A stretch of DNA of 62,613 bases, filler included. It is 5 parts of 5 records of this genome, joined end to end, with 100 filler letters (N's around TTAATTAATTAA, not from the genome) between each part and the next. Parts side by side here need not be neighbours in the genome. Positions count along the whole stretch, not along the records: positions 1 to 22,406 come from SRR31156797_5823; 4 more parts are not named here. One strand, given 5' to 3'. This document shows positions 9,514 to 20,006 of this stretch, in pieces; the first letter of the stretch is position 1; each line of letters begins with the position of its first letter. The notes beneath the pieces were generated by a model, which saw only the letters and a list, made by a program, of their open reading frames with translations, was not told where the DNA came from and made no database searches. The translations under genes and the position numbers were made by a program.

Positions 9514-11022
9514 ATGGCAGAATTCTTGCAATATTTCCCACAAGCACTGACCTTTACCAACTTATTAACCCTTATCCTGGGCGTGATCGGCGGCCTTATT
9601 CTCGGGGCAACCCCCGGTCTCAGCCCCACCATGGCCGTTGCCCTTCTGGTCCCTTTTACCTTTCATATGGATCCCGCCACGGGCCTGATCCTGCTCGGCG
9701 CGGTCTATACCGCAACGGTGGCGGGCGGCGCCATCTCCGCGATCCTCATTAACATTCCCGGTGCTCCCGCCAACATTGCCACGCTGCTGGACGGTCATCC
9801 CATGGCCCGGCAAGGCAGATCCCAGACGGCCCTTTATTATTGTTTCATCAGTTCACTGGTGGGCGGTTTGATCGGCATGGTGATCATGATCCTGTTCACC
9901 CCGCCGCTGGCGAGAATCGCCTTGAAGTTCGGACCTTCGGAAATGTTCTGGATCGCCATTTTCGGCATCAGCGTTATGGCGGGTCTTTCATCCGGATCTA
10001 TTTTGAAAGGATTGTTGGGGGGCATGTTCGGACTTTTGATCAGTACCATCGGATACAGTCCCCTGTTGGGGTCTCCCCGGTTTGTGTATCACGATGTGTT
10101 GACGGGCGGTGTGGCCATTGTTCCTGCACTCATCGGCCTTTTTGCCATTCCACAGGTCTTCAACTTGGTGGAAAGCTTAGGCAGCAAATTGGAACGGCCT
10201 GATTTCAAGCCGGAAAAAGGTATCCTTTTCAAAACCATTGCCGATAACCTGAAGATGGTGAAAAGCCTGGGTATCGGCTCCATTGTCGGTTCCATCATCG
10301 GCATCATTCCCGGAGCCGGCGGACAGGTGGCCGGTCTTATCGCCTACGACCAGGCCAAAAAGTTTTCCAAAAAGCCCGAATCCTTCGGCACCGGCAACCC
10401 GGAAGGGGTAGCGGCCGCGGAATCGGCAAACAATGCCATGGTAGGCCCGTCTTTAATCCCGCTGCTCACCTTGAGTATCCCCGGCAGTCCCACCGCGGCG
10501 GTTTTACTGGGCGGGCTTTTGATTCATGGTCTTTTCCCCGGACCCGATCTTTTCATCAACAACGCTTCCGTAACCTATACATTTATTGCCAGCCTGGTAT
10601 TGGCACAAATTGCCATGTGCATATTCGGCATTATCCTGTCCCGTTATTCGTATATGGTCATGAGCGTTCCCAACCTGTTTATGATTGCCGCTGTGACCAT
10701 TCTGGCGGTTTACGGCACCTACAGCGTTCAGAACAGTTTTGATGATGTGATCGTCATGTTTTCCCTGGGAACACTCATGTATATCGGCCGGAAATTCGGC
10801 TTTTCACCGGCCCCGGTGGTACTGGGGATTATCCTGGGGCCCATTGCAGAAGATAATTTTCTGAAAGGGAAATTGATCGCCGATACGGATGTGGGGGTAT
10901 TTTCCTATTTTTTTACGGGATCCATGAACATTGTCATCATTCTACTCTGCGCTGCATCCATCGGTTACAGCATCTATGGTGAGATCAGGGCGTACCGGAA
11001 GGCAAAGGAGGCTGCGGTTTGA
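9514..11022 (+). CDS. tctA: Tripartite tricarboxylate transporter large subunit TctA
   Basis: GATPGLSPTMAVALL, NIPGAP, TLLDGHPMA, AAESANNA, LLTLSIPGS; multiple TM helices. Confidence 0.92.
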   Translation: MAEFLQYFPQALTFTNLLTLILGVIGGLILGATPGLSPTMAVALLVPFTFHMDPATGLILLGAVYTATVAGGAISAILINIPGAPANIATLLDGHPMARQGRSQTALYYCFISSLVGGLIGMVIMILFTPPLARIALKFGPSEMFWIAIFGISVMAGLSSGSILKGLLGGMFGLLISTIGYSPLLGSPRFVYHDVLTGGVAIVPALIGLFAIPQVFNLVESLGSKLERPDFKPEKGILFKTIADNLKMVKSLGIGSIVGSIIGIIPGAGGQVAGLIAYDQAKKFSKKPESFGTGNPEGVAAAESANNAMVGPSLIPLLTLSIPGSPTAAVLLGGLLIHGLFPGPDLFINNASVTYTFIASLVLAQIAMCIFGIILSRYSYMVMSVPNLFMIAAVTILAVYGTYSVQNSFDDVIVMFSLGTLMYIGRKFGFSPAPVVLGIILGPIAEDNFLKGKLIADTDVGVFSYFFTGSMNIVIILLCAASIGYSIYGEIRAYRKAKEAAV

Positions 11023-11462
11023 AAAAAGATCTGATTGTTTCACTGGTTCTATTGGCGGGGATTATCAGCCTTTATCTTTCCCTGGGTGCCATGGATGACC
11101 CCCGGGCCGCGAACTTTCCCAAGGTGATTATTATCATCATGGGCGTCTTGTCGGCATTGCTGTTGCTTCAGTCGCTCATCTTGAAGCAACCCAAAAGTTC
11201 CCAGGGAGCGGGTTTTCCCTTCGGGCGCTTTTTGATCTGTTTTTTCATGATTATCATTTATTTTATTTTCATGGAGGCCCTGGGGTTCTACCTTTCGGCC
11301 TTTCTGTTTTTTGTTTTGGTAACGTGTATTCTGGGGATCAGCGACCTGACGGCTCGCACGGCTGTCATGAGAGTAATTGTGGGCTTTGTGTTCACCGGCA
11401 TTCTGTTTCTCCTGTTCAATGTACTTCTGGCGGTTCAAACCCCCAAAGGGTTGTTAATGTAG
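11019..11462 (+). CDS. tctB: Tripartite tricarboxylate transporter small subunit TctB
   Basis: 147 aa, 4-5 TM helices, FP and LGF motifs, C-terminal P-x-G; between tctA and tctC. Confidence 0.85.
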   Translation: MKKDLIVSLVLLAGIISLYLSLGAMDDPRAANFPKVIIIIMGVLSALLLLQSLILKQPKSSQGAGFPFGRFLICFFMIIIYFIFMEALGFYLSAFLFFVLVTCILGISDLTARTAVMRVIVGFVFTGILFLLFNVLLAVQTPKGLLM

Positions 11463-11548
11463 GTTCATCATGTCGGAAAGAGAGGCTTTTCGACGTTTTT
11501 AGATGAGGGAGGCGCCTCATCAATTCATTTTTTTAGGGAGGAGAAATC

Positions 11549-12529
11549 GTGAAAAAGAGAAGCTTTGGTTTAGTGGGAATGGTTTTTTTCATGGCGACGG
11601 TGATGATTTTCGGTTTGGGTTCGGCGGTTCAAGCCGAGTATCCCAAATCCCCGGTGAGCATGATTGTACCTTATTCACCGGGCGGTGCCACGGACTTTCA
11701 AGCCCGTATCGTCACCATGATGGCAGGTCAGGAACAATATCTGGGTCAACCCATTGTGATCATCAATAAGCCCGGCGCGGGGGGACAGGTGGGATGGAAC
11801 TGGTGTGCTCAGAAAGCACCCAAAGACGGATATACCATGCTGAGCTACAATGTCCCCCATTTCATCGCCCAGTCCATTGTTTTCAGGACCAAATATAATA
11901 TCAAAACCTTTGCGCCCGTCGCCAATTGGGGCGCGGACCCGGCGGTATTGATTGTGGGAAAAGACAGCCCCTTCAACACGGTTCAGGATCTTCTGGATTA
12001 CGCGAAAAAGAACCCCCGTAAAGTCACCGTGAGCGGCGCAGGCCTCTATGTGGGGCACCATATCGCCTTTCTGCAGCTGGCCAAAGCCACGGGCGCCAAA
12101 ATGACCTACATCCCCGAAAAGGGCGGCGTACCGGCCATGCAGTCGGTGATTGCCGGAAAAGTGAAGGCCGGTTTCAATAACCTTTCCGATGCTTTCCGAA
12201 ACAAGGACCGCCTGAAAATCTTAGGCGTTGCCGATCTGGAACGGAACAGTTTTCTGCCGGATGTTAAAACCTTCAAGGAGCAGGGGATCGACATTGATGA
12301 TTCCAGCGTCAACTTCAGGGGCGTTGCCTTCCCGGCAGGCGTATCCGAAGATATCATCAATAAGAGCGCTGATGTTTTTCCCAAAATGTTCAGCTCAAAA
12401 AAGACCTTGAAGAAAATGAAGGGCAGCGGCAGTCCCGTTCGCGTGATGACCCGGGACCAGGTCATTAAAATGTGGCAGGAACGACAGACTTACCTGGAAA
12501 GTCTTTTGAAGGATCTCAAGAAAAAGTAA
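11549..12529 (+). CDS. tctC: Tripartite tricarboxylate transporter substrate-binding protein TctC (Bug family)
   Basis: Signal peptide, YP..PV.MIVPYSPGGATD, NKPGAGG, DGYT. Confidence 0.92.
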   Translation: MKKRSFGLVGMVFFMATVMIFGLGSAVQAEYPKSPVSMIVPYSPGGATDFQARIVTMMAGQEQYLGQPIVIINKPGAGGQVGWNWCAQKAPKDGYTMLSYNVPHFIAQSIVFRTKYNIKTFAPVANWGADPAVLIVGKDSPFNTVQDLLDYAKKNPRKVTVSGAGLYVGHHIAFLQLAKATGAKMTYIPEKGGVPAMQSVIAGKVKAGFNNLSDAFRNKDRLKILGVADLERNSFLPDVKTFKEQGIDIDDSSVNFRGVAFPAGVSEDIINKSADVFPKMFSSKKTLKKMKGSGSPVRVMTRDQVIKMWQERQTYLESLLKDLKKK

Positions 12530-12546
12530 TATTTTTTGTGCTTAAC

Positions 12547-12581
12547 CCAGGTGTTCCCACGCTCTGCGTGGGAACACCTGG
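12547..12581. repeat. Perfect 16-bp inverted repeat (REP-like / terminator) after tctC
   Basis: CCAGGTGTTCCCACGC-TCT-GCGTGGGAACACCTGG. Confidence 0.7.
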
Positions 12582-12748
12582 AAAAACCCCATACTGCCTA
12601 CCGTCAACTTCTTCCCTTCATTATTGACAACCGTTATCAATCACGACATTATGCATCTATGGCATGCATACTACGGATGATCCTTGGAGACCCGCATAAT
12701 ATAATGCAGGGTGGGAATGACTACAAATCTGAGTAAACCGGCACATCC

Positions 12749-13690
12749 ATGAAAACTTCTGAGACGTCTCATTCCATGAAAGGGTACCTTTGTGTTGCGG
12801 CGGCGGCGGTTATGTGGGCTTCCTCCGGGACAGCGGGAAAGGCCCTCTTTACCGACGGCATGACCCCATTCCAGCTGGTACAGATCCGGGTAACGGTTTC
12901 CACCGTACTTCTGGCTGTTGTTTTTGGAATCCGGTTCAGGCCCCTCTTTAGAATCCGGCCCGGGGATCTCTGGTATTTTTTCCTTCTGGGTGGCGTGGTG
13001 ATGGCCCTGGTCCAGGTGACCTATTTTTATGCCATCAGCAAAATCCAGGTGGCCGCCGCCATCTTTCTCCAGTACCTGGCCCCCGTTATGGTGGCTTTTT
13101 TTTCCATCTGTTTCTGGAAGGAATGTTTCACGCCCACCAAATTCACGGCACTGCTCCTGTCCCTGGGAGGCTGCTACCTCGTTGTGGGAGGATACAGCCT
13201 CCACCTGTTAAAAATGAATCAGCTGGGAATTCTTGCGGGCCTCTCATCGGCTTTGTGTTTCGCGGCCTATACCCTCGTTGGTGAAAGAGGCATGCACCGC
13301 TATTCCCCCTGGACCGTCCTTTTTTACGCCTTCCTCTTCGCAACCATCACTTGGCACGTGTTTTATCCCCCATTCCAGTATCTCGCCACCGACTTCACCA
13401 TCCCCCAGTGGGGTTGGATTTTCTACGTTTCCATTGTCGGGACCGTTCTCCCTTTTGGCCTTTTTTTCGTGGGCGTAAACCATGTCCGTTCCACACGAGC
13501 ATCCATTACCGCCACCCTGGAGCCGATCTCGGCAGGTCTGTTTGCCTACCTTTTTTTAGGTGAATCACTCCAGCCCCTTCAGATTGCAGGGGGTGTCATG
13601 GTCGTAACCGCCATTATCGTGCTTCAAATGAAGAAAGAGCAGGATGCCTTGTCCCCGGCAAGCATAAGACACCGTTGCAGCACTTCCTGA
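12749..13690 (+). CDS. EamA/DMT family transporter
   Basis: ~10 TM helices, duplicated EamA halves, LQYLAP and LEP motifs. Confidence 0.9.
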   Translation: MKTSETSHSMKGYLCVAAAAVMWASSGTAGKALFTDGMTPFQLVQIRVTVSTVLLAVVFGIRFRPLFRIRPGDLWYFFLLGGVVMALVQVTYFYAISKIQVAAAIFLQYLAPVMVAFFSICFWKECFTPTKFTALLLSLGGCYLVVGGYSLHLLKMNQLGILAGLSSALCFAAYTLVGERGMHRYSPWTVLFYAFLFATITWHVFYPPFQYLATDFTIPQWGWIFYVSIVGTVLPFGLFFVGVNHVRSTRASITATLEPISAGLFAYLFLGESLQPLQIAGGVMVVTAIIVLQMKKEQDALSPASIRHRCSTS

Positions 13691-13857
13691 AACCCGATTC
13701 TCCCACCGGAATTCAACGAACCCCACTGTTGGCATTGGGGTAAAAAACGGCTTGCCCTTGCGTTTTAAGAATATGCCGTGATATAAAAAATGCTGGCATT
13801 AATCGGATCCATGCGGGGAAAAACCCCGGTCAGCCTTGATTTTTTTCGGAGCTTCAC

Positions 13858-15951
13858 ATGACGCCACCGTTTCATTCCATCTATTCCCACGGGTTTATCC
13901 GCTCAGCCGTCTGCGTACCATCTCTGCGTGTGGCGGATCCGGCCTACAATGTGGAACGTACCCTGGGCCTCGCCCGCCGCGCTTCTGATCATCAAGCGGC
14001 CTTCGTATTGTTTCCGGAACTGGGTATTTCCGCCTTTTCCAACGAAGACCTTTTTCACCAGGATGCTTTGCTGGATGCGGTTTTAGAGGCTCTGGCCGAA
14101 TTTATCAAAGAGAGTAGGCATCTTTCTCCGGTTTTGCTGGTGGGTGCGCCCCTTCGCTTCCAGGGAAAGCTGTTCAACTGCGCCCTGGTCATCCACAAGG
14201 GAAAGGTCCTGGGGATTGTACCGAAAACATACCTTCCCAATTATCGGGAATATTATGAAAAACGCCAGTTTGTCTCCGCCCGCCATGCCCTGGAACCGGA
14301 AGTCCGGTTTCAGGGACAATCCGTCCCCTTCGGCAACAACCTGATTTTTGAAGACATTAACCTTGCCGGATTCGCACTGCATGTGGAAATCTGCGAGGAC
14401 ATGTGGGTACCCATTTCCCCCAGTACCTATGGCGCCCTTGCAGGCGCCACGGTGTTGGCAAACCTCTCCGCCAGCAACATCACGGTGGGCAAAACCGATT
14501 ACCGGCGCCTCCTTTGTGCGTCCCAGTCGGCCAAATGCATTTCAGCGTACCTCTATTCCGCTGCCGGTTACGGGGAATCCACCACGGACCTGGCCTGGGA
14601 CGGGTATGCCATGATTTACGAGAACAATGTCCTGTTGGCTGAAACAAAACGGTTCCAGAAGGAAGAACAGATCATTTTCGCCGACATTGATCTGGAGCGA
14701 CTGTTGCAGGACCGGATGCGCACCACCAGTTTCCAGGACTCGGTGGTGGAACATGGCGAGCGGCTGTCCGCCATGCGCCGGATTCCCTTCCAATTCAAGA
14801 TTCCAAACGACGTCGTACCGCTCATGCGGGATATATCCAGGTTTCCCTATGTACCCGGGGAATCCGTTGCCCGTGATGCTCGCTGTTATGAAGTTTACAA
14901 CATTCAGGTTCACGGTTTAATGAAACGCATGTCGGCCGCCGGCGTCAAAAAACTTGTGATCGGCGTATCCGGTGGACTTGACTCCACACAGGCCTTGATT
15001 GTTGCCGCCAGAACCATGGACCGCCTTCGTCTTCCCCGTACCCATATCCTGGGCTTTACCATGCCCGGTTTTGCCACCAGCGAAACCACCCGCAACAATG
15101 CCAGGGAATTGATGGATGCATTGGGTATCACGGCCCGGGAAATGGACATTCGACCGGCCTGCCTGCAGGTGTTCAAGGATATCGGTCATCCCTTTTCCGA
15201 GGGTGAAAAGATTTATGACGTGACCTTTGAAAATGTTCAGGCGGGCCAGCGTACGGCCCATCTTTTCAGGCTGGCCAACTTTCACGACGCCATCGTACTG
15301 GGTACCGGGGATTTGAGCGAACTGGCCCTGGGGTGGAGTACCTATGGTGTTGGGGACCAGATGTCCCATTACAATGTCAACGGATCGGTTCCCAAAACCC
15401 TCATTCATCACCTCATCCGCTGGGTGGTGAAAACCGGCCAGTTCAACAAGGAAACGGCTGCGGTTCTTGAGGCCATCGCGGAAACGGAAATTTCTCCGGA
15501 ACTGGTACCCGACGAGGATGGCAATCAGACAGAACCCTCTCAGAGAACCGAATCCGCCATCGGCCCTTATGAGCTCCAAGACTTCAACCTCTATTATGTG
15601 ACCCGTTTCGGCTTTCGACCCGGAAAAGTGGCTTTTTTGAGCCATAGCGCCTGGAGCGATAGAAACCGTGGCGTCTGGCCGGGAATCCTGCCACCGGACC
15701 AGCGACATCAGTATGATTTAGCCACCATTAAACGATGGTTGGCGGTGTTCCTTTACCGTTTCTTCAAAACCAGTCAGTTCAAAAGATCCGCCCTTCCCAA
15801 TGGTCCGAAAGTGGGTTCGGGGGGATCTCTTTCACCCCGTGGGGACTGGCGTGCGCCCAGTGATTCTGAAGCCACTGTGTGGCTTGATGAGTTGCACCGT
15901 AATGTCCCTAATGGGCCGCGAACGGAGAAAAAAGGAGGAAGACTAAATTAA
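13858..15951 (+). CDS. nadE: Glutamine-dependent NAD+ synthetase
   Basis: Nitrilase domain ([17 protein letters not shown]), [26 protein letters not shown]. Confidence 0.96.
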   Translation: MTPPFHSIYSHGFIRSAVCVPSLRVADPAYNVERTLGLARRASDHQAAFVLFPELGISAFSNEDLFHQDALLDAVLEALAEFIKESRHLSPVLLVGAPLRFQGKLFNCALVIHKGKVLGIVPKTYLPNYREYYEKRQFVSARHALEPEVRFQGQSVPFGNNLIFEDINLAGFALHVEICEDMWVPISPSTYGALAGATVLANLSASNITVGKTDYRRLLCASQSAKCISAYLYSAAGYGESTTDLAWDGYAMIYENNVLLAETKRFQKEEQIIFADIDLERLLQDRMRTTSFQDSVVEHGERLSAMRRIPFQFKIPNDVVPLMRDISRFPYVPGESVARDARCYEVYNIQVHGLMKRMSAAGVKKLVIGVSGGLDSTQALIVAARTMDRLRLPRTHILGFTMPGFATSETTRNNARELMDALGITAREMDIRPACLQVFKDIGHPFSEGEKIYDVTFENVQAGQRTAHLFRLANFHDAIVLGTGDLSELALGWSTYGVGDQMSHYNVNGSVPKTLIHHLIRWVVKTGQFNKETAAVLEAIAETEISPELVPDEDGNQTEPSQRTESAIGPYELQDFNLYYVTRFGFRPGKVAFLSHSAWSDRNRGVWPGILPPDQRHQYDLATIKRWLAVFLYRFFKTSQFKRSALPNGPKVGSGGSLSPRGDWRAPSDSEATVWLDELHRNVPNGPRTEKKGGRLN

Positions 15952-15964
15952 TAGACTGCATGGG

Positions 15965-16747
15965 ATGAGACACATGACAAACAATCGTTTAAAAATCCCT
16001 CCCATTGTGCGCCTGTCGTACCGAAAAGGGGATCTTATTATCAAAGAAGGGGACTACGGGATATCGATCTACAAAATTCTGGAAGGGAAAGCCATTGTTT
16101 TAAAGGAATATGAAGGCAGAGAAATTCCGCTGGCCACCCTGTCAATAGGTGATATATTTGGTGAACGGACGTTTCTCAACAGGGCCTCCGAAACCCGATC
16201 GGCATCGGTTCGCGCCCTTGAAGAAATGACTGTGGAAGTTTGGCACACCGCAAGATTATCACAGGAATATCAAGAGATGCCGCCCATTGTCAAATATATC
16301 ACAGACCAAATCCTGGCCCGATCCATCCGCATGAATACTCTCATCGTCAAGCTGGTTGCCCAGGAACAAAAAGCAAAACTCGCGGAGAAAAAAATAGACC
16401 CCTTGACGTCTCTAAGGCAATTTCACCGGAAAGAAGTGGATATGGAATGCCGATATCGACCGTTTGGCACTTCCGACCGATTTCATCTGACCGGTCGAAT
16501 CAAAAACATCAGTTTGGCGGGCTTGGGAATGGAAGTCATGCGCAGGGATGCCTCCGGTGTTTCCCATGTTCAAGGGGACTGTTTTGTCGTGACCACTGTT
16601 TTGCCCAACAAACAATCGTTGGAACTGGAAGCGGAAGTGGTATCCGTTCAAAAAGGGGAAATCGCCGGAGAACTGGTGTTGGGCATGTCTATCTCCGATA
16701 TTTCCCCCAGAGCAAAAAAGTCCCTGGGTTTTTTCTTGATGCCGTAA
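15965..16747 (+). CDS. Cyclic-nucleotide-binding domain fused to a PilZ domain
   Basis: IIKEGD, IFGE, RSASVRA (cNMP); RQFHR and NISLAG (PilZ RxxxR, D/NxSxxG). Confidence 0.8.
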   Translation: MRHMTNNRLKIPPIVRLSYRKGDLIIKEGDYGISIYKILEGKAIVLKEYEGREIPLATLSIGDIFGERTFLNRASETRSASVRALEEMTVEVWHTARLSQEYQEMPPIVKYITDQILARSIRMNTLIVKLVAQEQKAKLAEKKIDPLTSLRQFHRKEVDMECRYRPFGTSDRFHLTGRIKNISLAGLGMEVMRRDASGVSHVQGDCFVVTTVLPNKQSLELEAEVVSVQKGEIAGELVLGMSISDISPRAKKSLGFFLMP

Positions 16748-16765
16748 CGGATAAGGGGAATAAAT

Positions 16766-17188
16766 GTGGAAATCGAGACGTTGATTATTGCCTATCTGGC
16801 CAATGAGGAAACTTATGAGTCCGGTGAGATTGTCATTGAGGAAGGGACCAAAGGCGACTGGGTCTATATCGTGCTGGAAGGGCGGGTCAAGGTTACCAAG
16901 AGAACCTCGGCAGGCATGTTAACCATCGATATTTTGAAGCGTGGTGCCATATTCGGCGAAATGGCGCTTTTCGGAAAGGCCCTTGAGGCCAGGAGTGCTT
17001 CAGTGATTGCCGCGGACGGCCCGGCGCGGGTAGGCGTTCTGGACACCCGTCAATTAATCGATGATTATGAATCACTTTCGCCAAGAATCAGATTGTTGAT
17101 AAAAGCGCTGATCATGCGCCTGAAGGAATCCAATGAAAAAGCAGCTGCCCTTGTTGTAGCCGCCAACGAAAAGAAGCGTAAACGCTGA
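16766..17188 (+). CDS. Stand-alone cyclic-nucleotide-binding domain protein
   Basis: IEEG, YIVLEGRV, IFGEMAL, RSASV; no HTH. Confidence 0.85.
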   Translation: MEIETLIIAYLANEETYESGEIVIEEGTKGDWVYIVLEGRVKVTKRTSAGMLTIDILKRGAIFGEMALFGKALEARSASVIAADGPARVGVLDTRQLIDDYESLSPRIRLLIKALIMRLKESNEKAAALVVAANEKKRKR

Positions 17189-17228
17189 TATTTTTTAACG
17201 CCTTTGGCGATGCCGAAAACAGGGAGGA

Positions 17229-17633
17229 ATGATGACCGAGGTATTTGAAATATATGTGCAAACACACTTTTCCGCTGCACATGCCTTAAATGGGTATCCC
17301 GGGGATTGTGCCCGTGTTCATGGGCATAACTGGATCATTGATGTTTTTGTCCGTTGCAAGAAACTCAATGACATCGGCATCGGCCTTGATTTCAGGGAAA
17401 TTAAAGAGAGTGTCAAGGGCGTTCTCAAGAACCTGGATCACTTCAATTTGAATGAACTGCCGGCGTTTCAAGATGTTAATCCCACCTCCGAAAATATCGC
17501 CAGATTTTTATACCGGGAATTGAGCAGGCAACTCAACACGGACAATGTCACCGTTTCCAGGATCAAGGTATCGGAGACCCCGGGTGCCGGCGCCTTTTAT
17601 TGGGAGGAACGCCATGACACTTCGTGTCAATGA
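17229..17633 (+). CDS. queD: 6-carboxy-5,6,7,8-tetrahydropterin synthase
   Basis: FSAAH, C..HGHN, LDH..LN, NPTSEN, SET. Confidence 0.92.
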   Translation: MMTEVFEIYVQTHFSAAHALNGYPGDCARVHGHNWIIDVFVRCKKLNDIGIGLDFREIKESVKGVLKNLDHFNLNELPAFQDVNPTSENIARFLYRELSRQLNTDNVTVSRIKVSETPGAGAFYWEERHDTSCQ

Positions 17634-18261
17634 AATATTTTACAGCATACAAGGGGAGTCCTCCTATGCGGGACGACCCTGCGTATTTGTCCGGTTGACC
17701 GGATGCAATCTGAGATGTTCTTACTGCGACACCCGGTATGCGTACGAAGAAGGGGGTATCATGGAGATCAACCATATTTTTGAGCAGATCTCCCCCATGC
17801 AGTGCCAGCTGGTGGAAATCACCGGCGGAGAGCCCCTGATCCAGGAAAAAACCCCCATTCTTGTGGAAGGGTTGCTGGAAGACGGCTATGAAGTCCTGCT
17901 TGAAACCAACGGAACCCAAGATATCAGCCGGTTGGATGATCGATGTGTGAAAGTGGTGGATTTCAAATGCCCCTCCAGCGGCATGAGCGATCATACGGAT
18001 ATGGAAAACCTGAACCGGCTTTCGGTCCGCGATGAAATCAAATTTGTTCTGGGAACCCGTGGGGATTATGAATACGCCAGAGAGATTGTGGATTACGTGA
18101 AATCCCGTTCCCTTTTAACCGGCGCCATTAATTTTTCCCCCGTTTTCGGCCAACTGGAACCGGAAACCCTGGCGGAATGGATACTGGCGGATCACTTGGC
18201 GTGTCGGCTACATCTCCAGCTCCATAAATATATCTGGGGACCTGACGCAAGAGGGGTTTAA
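17614..18261 (+). CDS. queE: 7-carboxy-7-deazaguanine synthase (radical SAM)
   Basis: EIFYSIQGE, CNLRCSYCDT, TGGEP, ETNG, LQLHK; start moved to ATG 17614 (RBS GGAGG). Confidence 0.92.
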   Translation: MTLRVNEIFYSIQGESSYAGRPCVFVRLTGCNLRCSYCDTRYAYEEGGIMEINHIFEQISPMQCQLVEITGGEPLIQEKTPILVEGLLEDGYEVLLETNGTQDISRLDDRCVKVVDFKCPSSGMSDHTDMENLNRLSVRDEIKFVLGTRGDYEYAREIVDYVKSRSLLTGAINFSPVFGQLEPETLAEWILADHLACRLHLQLHKYIWGPDARGV

Positions 18262-18267
18262 AAACAG

Positions 18268-18954
18268 GTGACGAGATCCAAAGAAAAAGCGGTTGTACTG
18301 TTAAGCGGAGGACTGGATTCGACCACCGTTGCGGCCATTGCCGGCGCCAGAGGGTATGATGTTTTCGCTCTCAGTTTTCGATACGGGCAGCGCCACGCAG
18401 TGGAGCTGGAAGCGGCCCGGCGGGTGGCGGAGAGTCTGGGTGTGACGGAGCACCTGGTCATGGACATTGATCTCCGGATGATCGGAGGATCCGCGCTCAC
18501 CGATCAGATTGACGTGCCCAAAGGCCGCAGTGAGGAATCAATGGAAAACGGAATCCCCGTAACCTATGTTCCCGCACGCAATACCATATTCCTTTCCTAT
18601 GCCCTGGCATGGGCGGAAGTCCTGAACTCCCGGGATATCTTTATCGGTGTCAACGCCGTTGACTACAGCGGTTATCCCGACTGCCGGCCGGAATACATCG
18701 CGGCATTTGAACAAATGGCCAACCTGGCCACAAAAGCCGCCGTGACGGGTCCATGGCGCATTCACATCAGGACCCCCATCATTCACATGAGCAAAGCGGA
18801 AATTATCAAAACGGGACTTGAACTGGGCGTTGATTACAAATTGACCCACAGTTGTTATGACCCGGCACCGGACGGAAAAGCCTGCGGTCTTTGTGACAGC
18901 TGCCTTTTGAGAAAAAGGGGTTTTGAGGAGGCCGGAGTACGGTGGATACCATGA
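18268..18954 (+). CDS. queC: 7-cyano-7-deazaguanine synthase
   Basis: [39 protein letters not shown]. Confidence 0.95.
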   Translation: MTRSKEKAVVLLSGGLDSTTVAAIAGARGYDVFALSFRYGQRHAVELEAARRVAESLGVTEHLVMDIDLRMIGGSALTDQIDVPKGRSEESMENGIPVTYVPARNTIFLSYALAWAEVLNSRDIFIGVNAVDYSGYPDCRPEYIAAFEQMANLATKAAVTGPWRIHIRTPIIHMSKAEIIKTGLELGVDYKLTHSCYDPAPDGKACGLCDSCLLRKRGFEEAGVRWIP

Positions 18955-19985
18955 AAATCGGCGTTTGCTTTCTGGCGGTATTGAGTTTAACGGCCTTTAT
19001 TGCGGGGCTGTCCATTGCGGCTGTTGCCGGATCCCCGGCCAAAATAAAATTTGGTCACGTGGCACCACCCTTTCACGGGCAGAGCAAGGGGGTAGACGCA
19101 TTCGCGGCCTATGTTAAAGAAAAAACCGACGGCAGAATCGATATTACGACCTTTCCCATGGGCCGGCTGGGCGGAGAACGTTCCATGGCGGAGCAGGTCC
19201 AGATGGGAACGCTTGAGATTGCCGCCATCACCACGGCCGTACTTCAAAACTTCGTGCCTCAAGCGGCCATCCTGGATATGCCTTTTATTTTTCCCGATCG
19301 GAAAACCGCATACGCCACACTGGACGACCCGGAAGTGCAGAAAAAAATCTTCTCCTATTTCCCCAAAAAAGGATTTAGGGCCATTGGCTGGACTGAAAAC
19401 GGATTCAGGGATTTCACCAACAACAAACGGCCGGTTCGAAAGCCCTCCGATATCAAGGGTCTTAAGGTTCGGGTCATGAACTCCCCCGTTTATCTGGATA
19501 CATTCAAACGCTTAGGTGCATCTCCGGTGGATATTCCTTTACCGGAAATTTTTAACGCACTTCAAACCGGCGTGATTGATGCGCTGGAGAATCCCATTCT
19601 CACATCGGTCTTAATGAAGTTTACGGAAGTGGCCAAAAATGTGACCATCACCCACCACTGCTTGACCGAGGGTGTCATTATTGTGGCCCCGGATTACTGG
19701 GAAACCCTTTCTCCGGAGGACCAGGAAATTTTCAGGGAAGCCGCCAAGGTGGCCATTGACACCAATCGGAGGGTCAATGCCGAACTGCACGACAAACTGC
19801 CTAAGAGCGGTATCAGCATCACGGAATACTGCCGGAAGAACGGGGTGGAAGTGATCGAACTGACCCCGGAAGAGCGTAAGGCATTTCAGAAGGCAACGGT
19901 CCCGGTATGGAAAAAATACCGCAAAAAGATCGGCAACGAAATTTTTGATTTCATGCTGGATAAAATCAAAGAGCACCAGCAGTAA
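18951..19985 (+). CDS. dctP: TRAP transporter substrate-binding protein DctP (no dctQM adjacent)
   Basis: Signal peptide, [33 protein letters not shown] overlap with queC. Confidence 0.88.
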   Translation: MKIGVCFLAVLSLTAFIAGLSIAAVAGSPAKIKFGHVAPPFHGQSKGVDAFAAYVKEKTDGRIDITTFPMGRLGGERSMAEQVQMGTLEIAAITTAVLQNFVPQAAILDMPFIFPDRKTAYATLDDPEVQKKIFSYFPKKGFRAIGWTENGFRDFTNNKRPVRKPSDIKGLKVRVMNSPVYLDTFKRLGASPVDIPLPEIFNALQTGVIDALENPILTSVLMKFTEVAKNVTITHHCLTEGVIIVAPDYWETLSPEDQEIFREAAKVAIDTNRRVNAELHDKLPKSGISITEYCRKNGVEVIELTPEERKAFQKATVPVWKKYRKKIGNEIFDFMLDKIKEHQQ

Positions 19986-20006
19986 ATTTCGGCCGAAGAG
20001 CCCTTC

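Noticed and set aside
12536-12736. 66-aa ORF after tctC
   Set aside because: Runs through the REP-like hairpin and the likely promoter region of the EamA gene; no RBS or motif support
880-15708. Long antisense ORFs (e.g. 880-1746, 1957-2805, 3621-4463, 14917-15708)
   Set aside because: Shadow frames of well-supported + strand genes in GC-rich DNA, with no recognisable motifs
17229-18954. queDEC as a 7-deazaguanine DNA-modification or QueC-type defence system (Dpd, Qat, CBASS type IV)
   Set aside because: The proteins look like canonical housekeeping QueD/E/C, and no dpdA/tgt-like, cyclase, ATPase or nuclease gene is nearby
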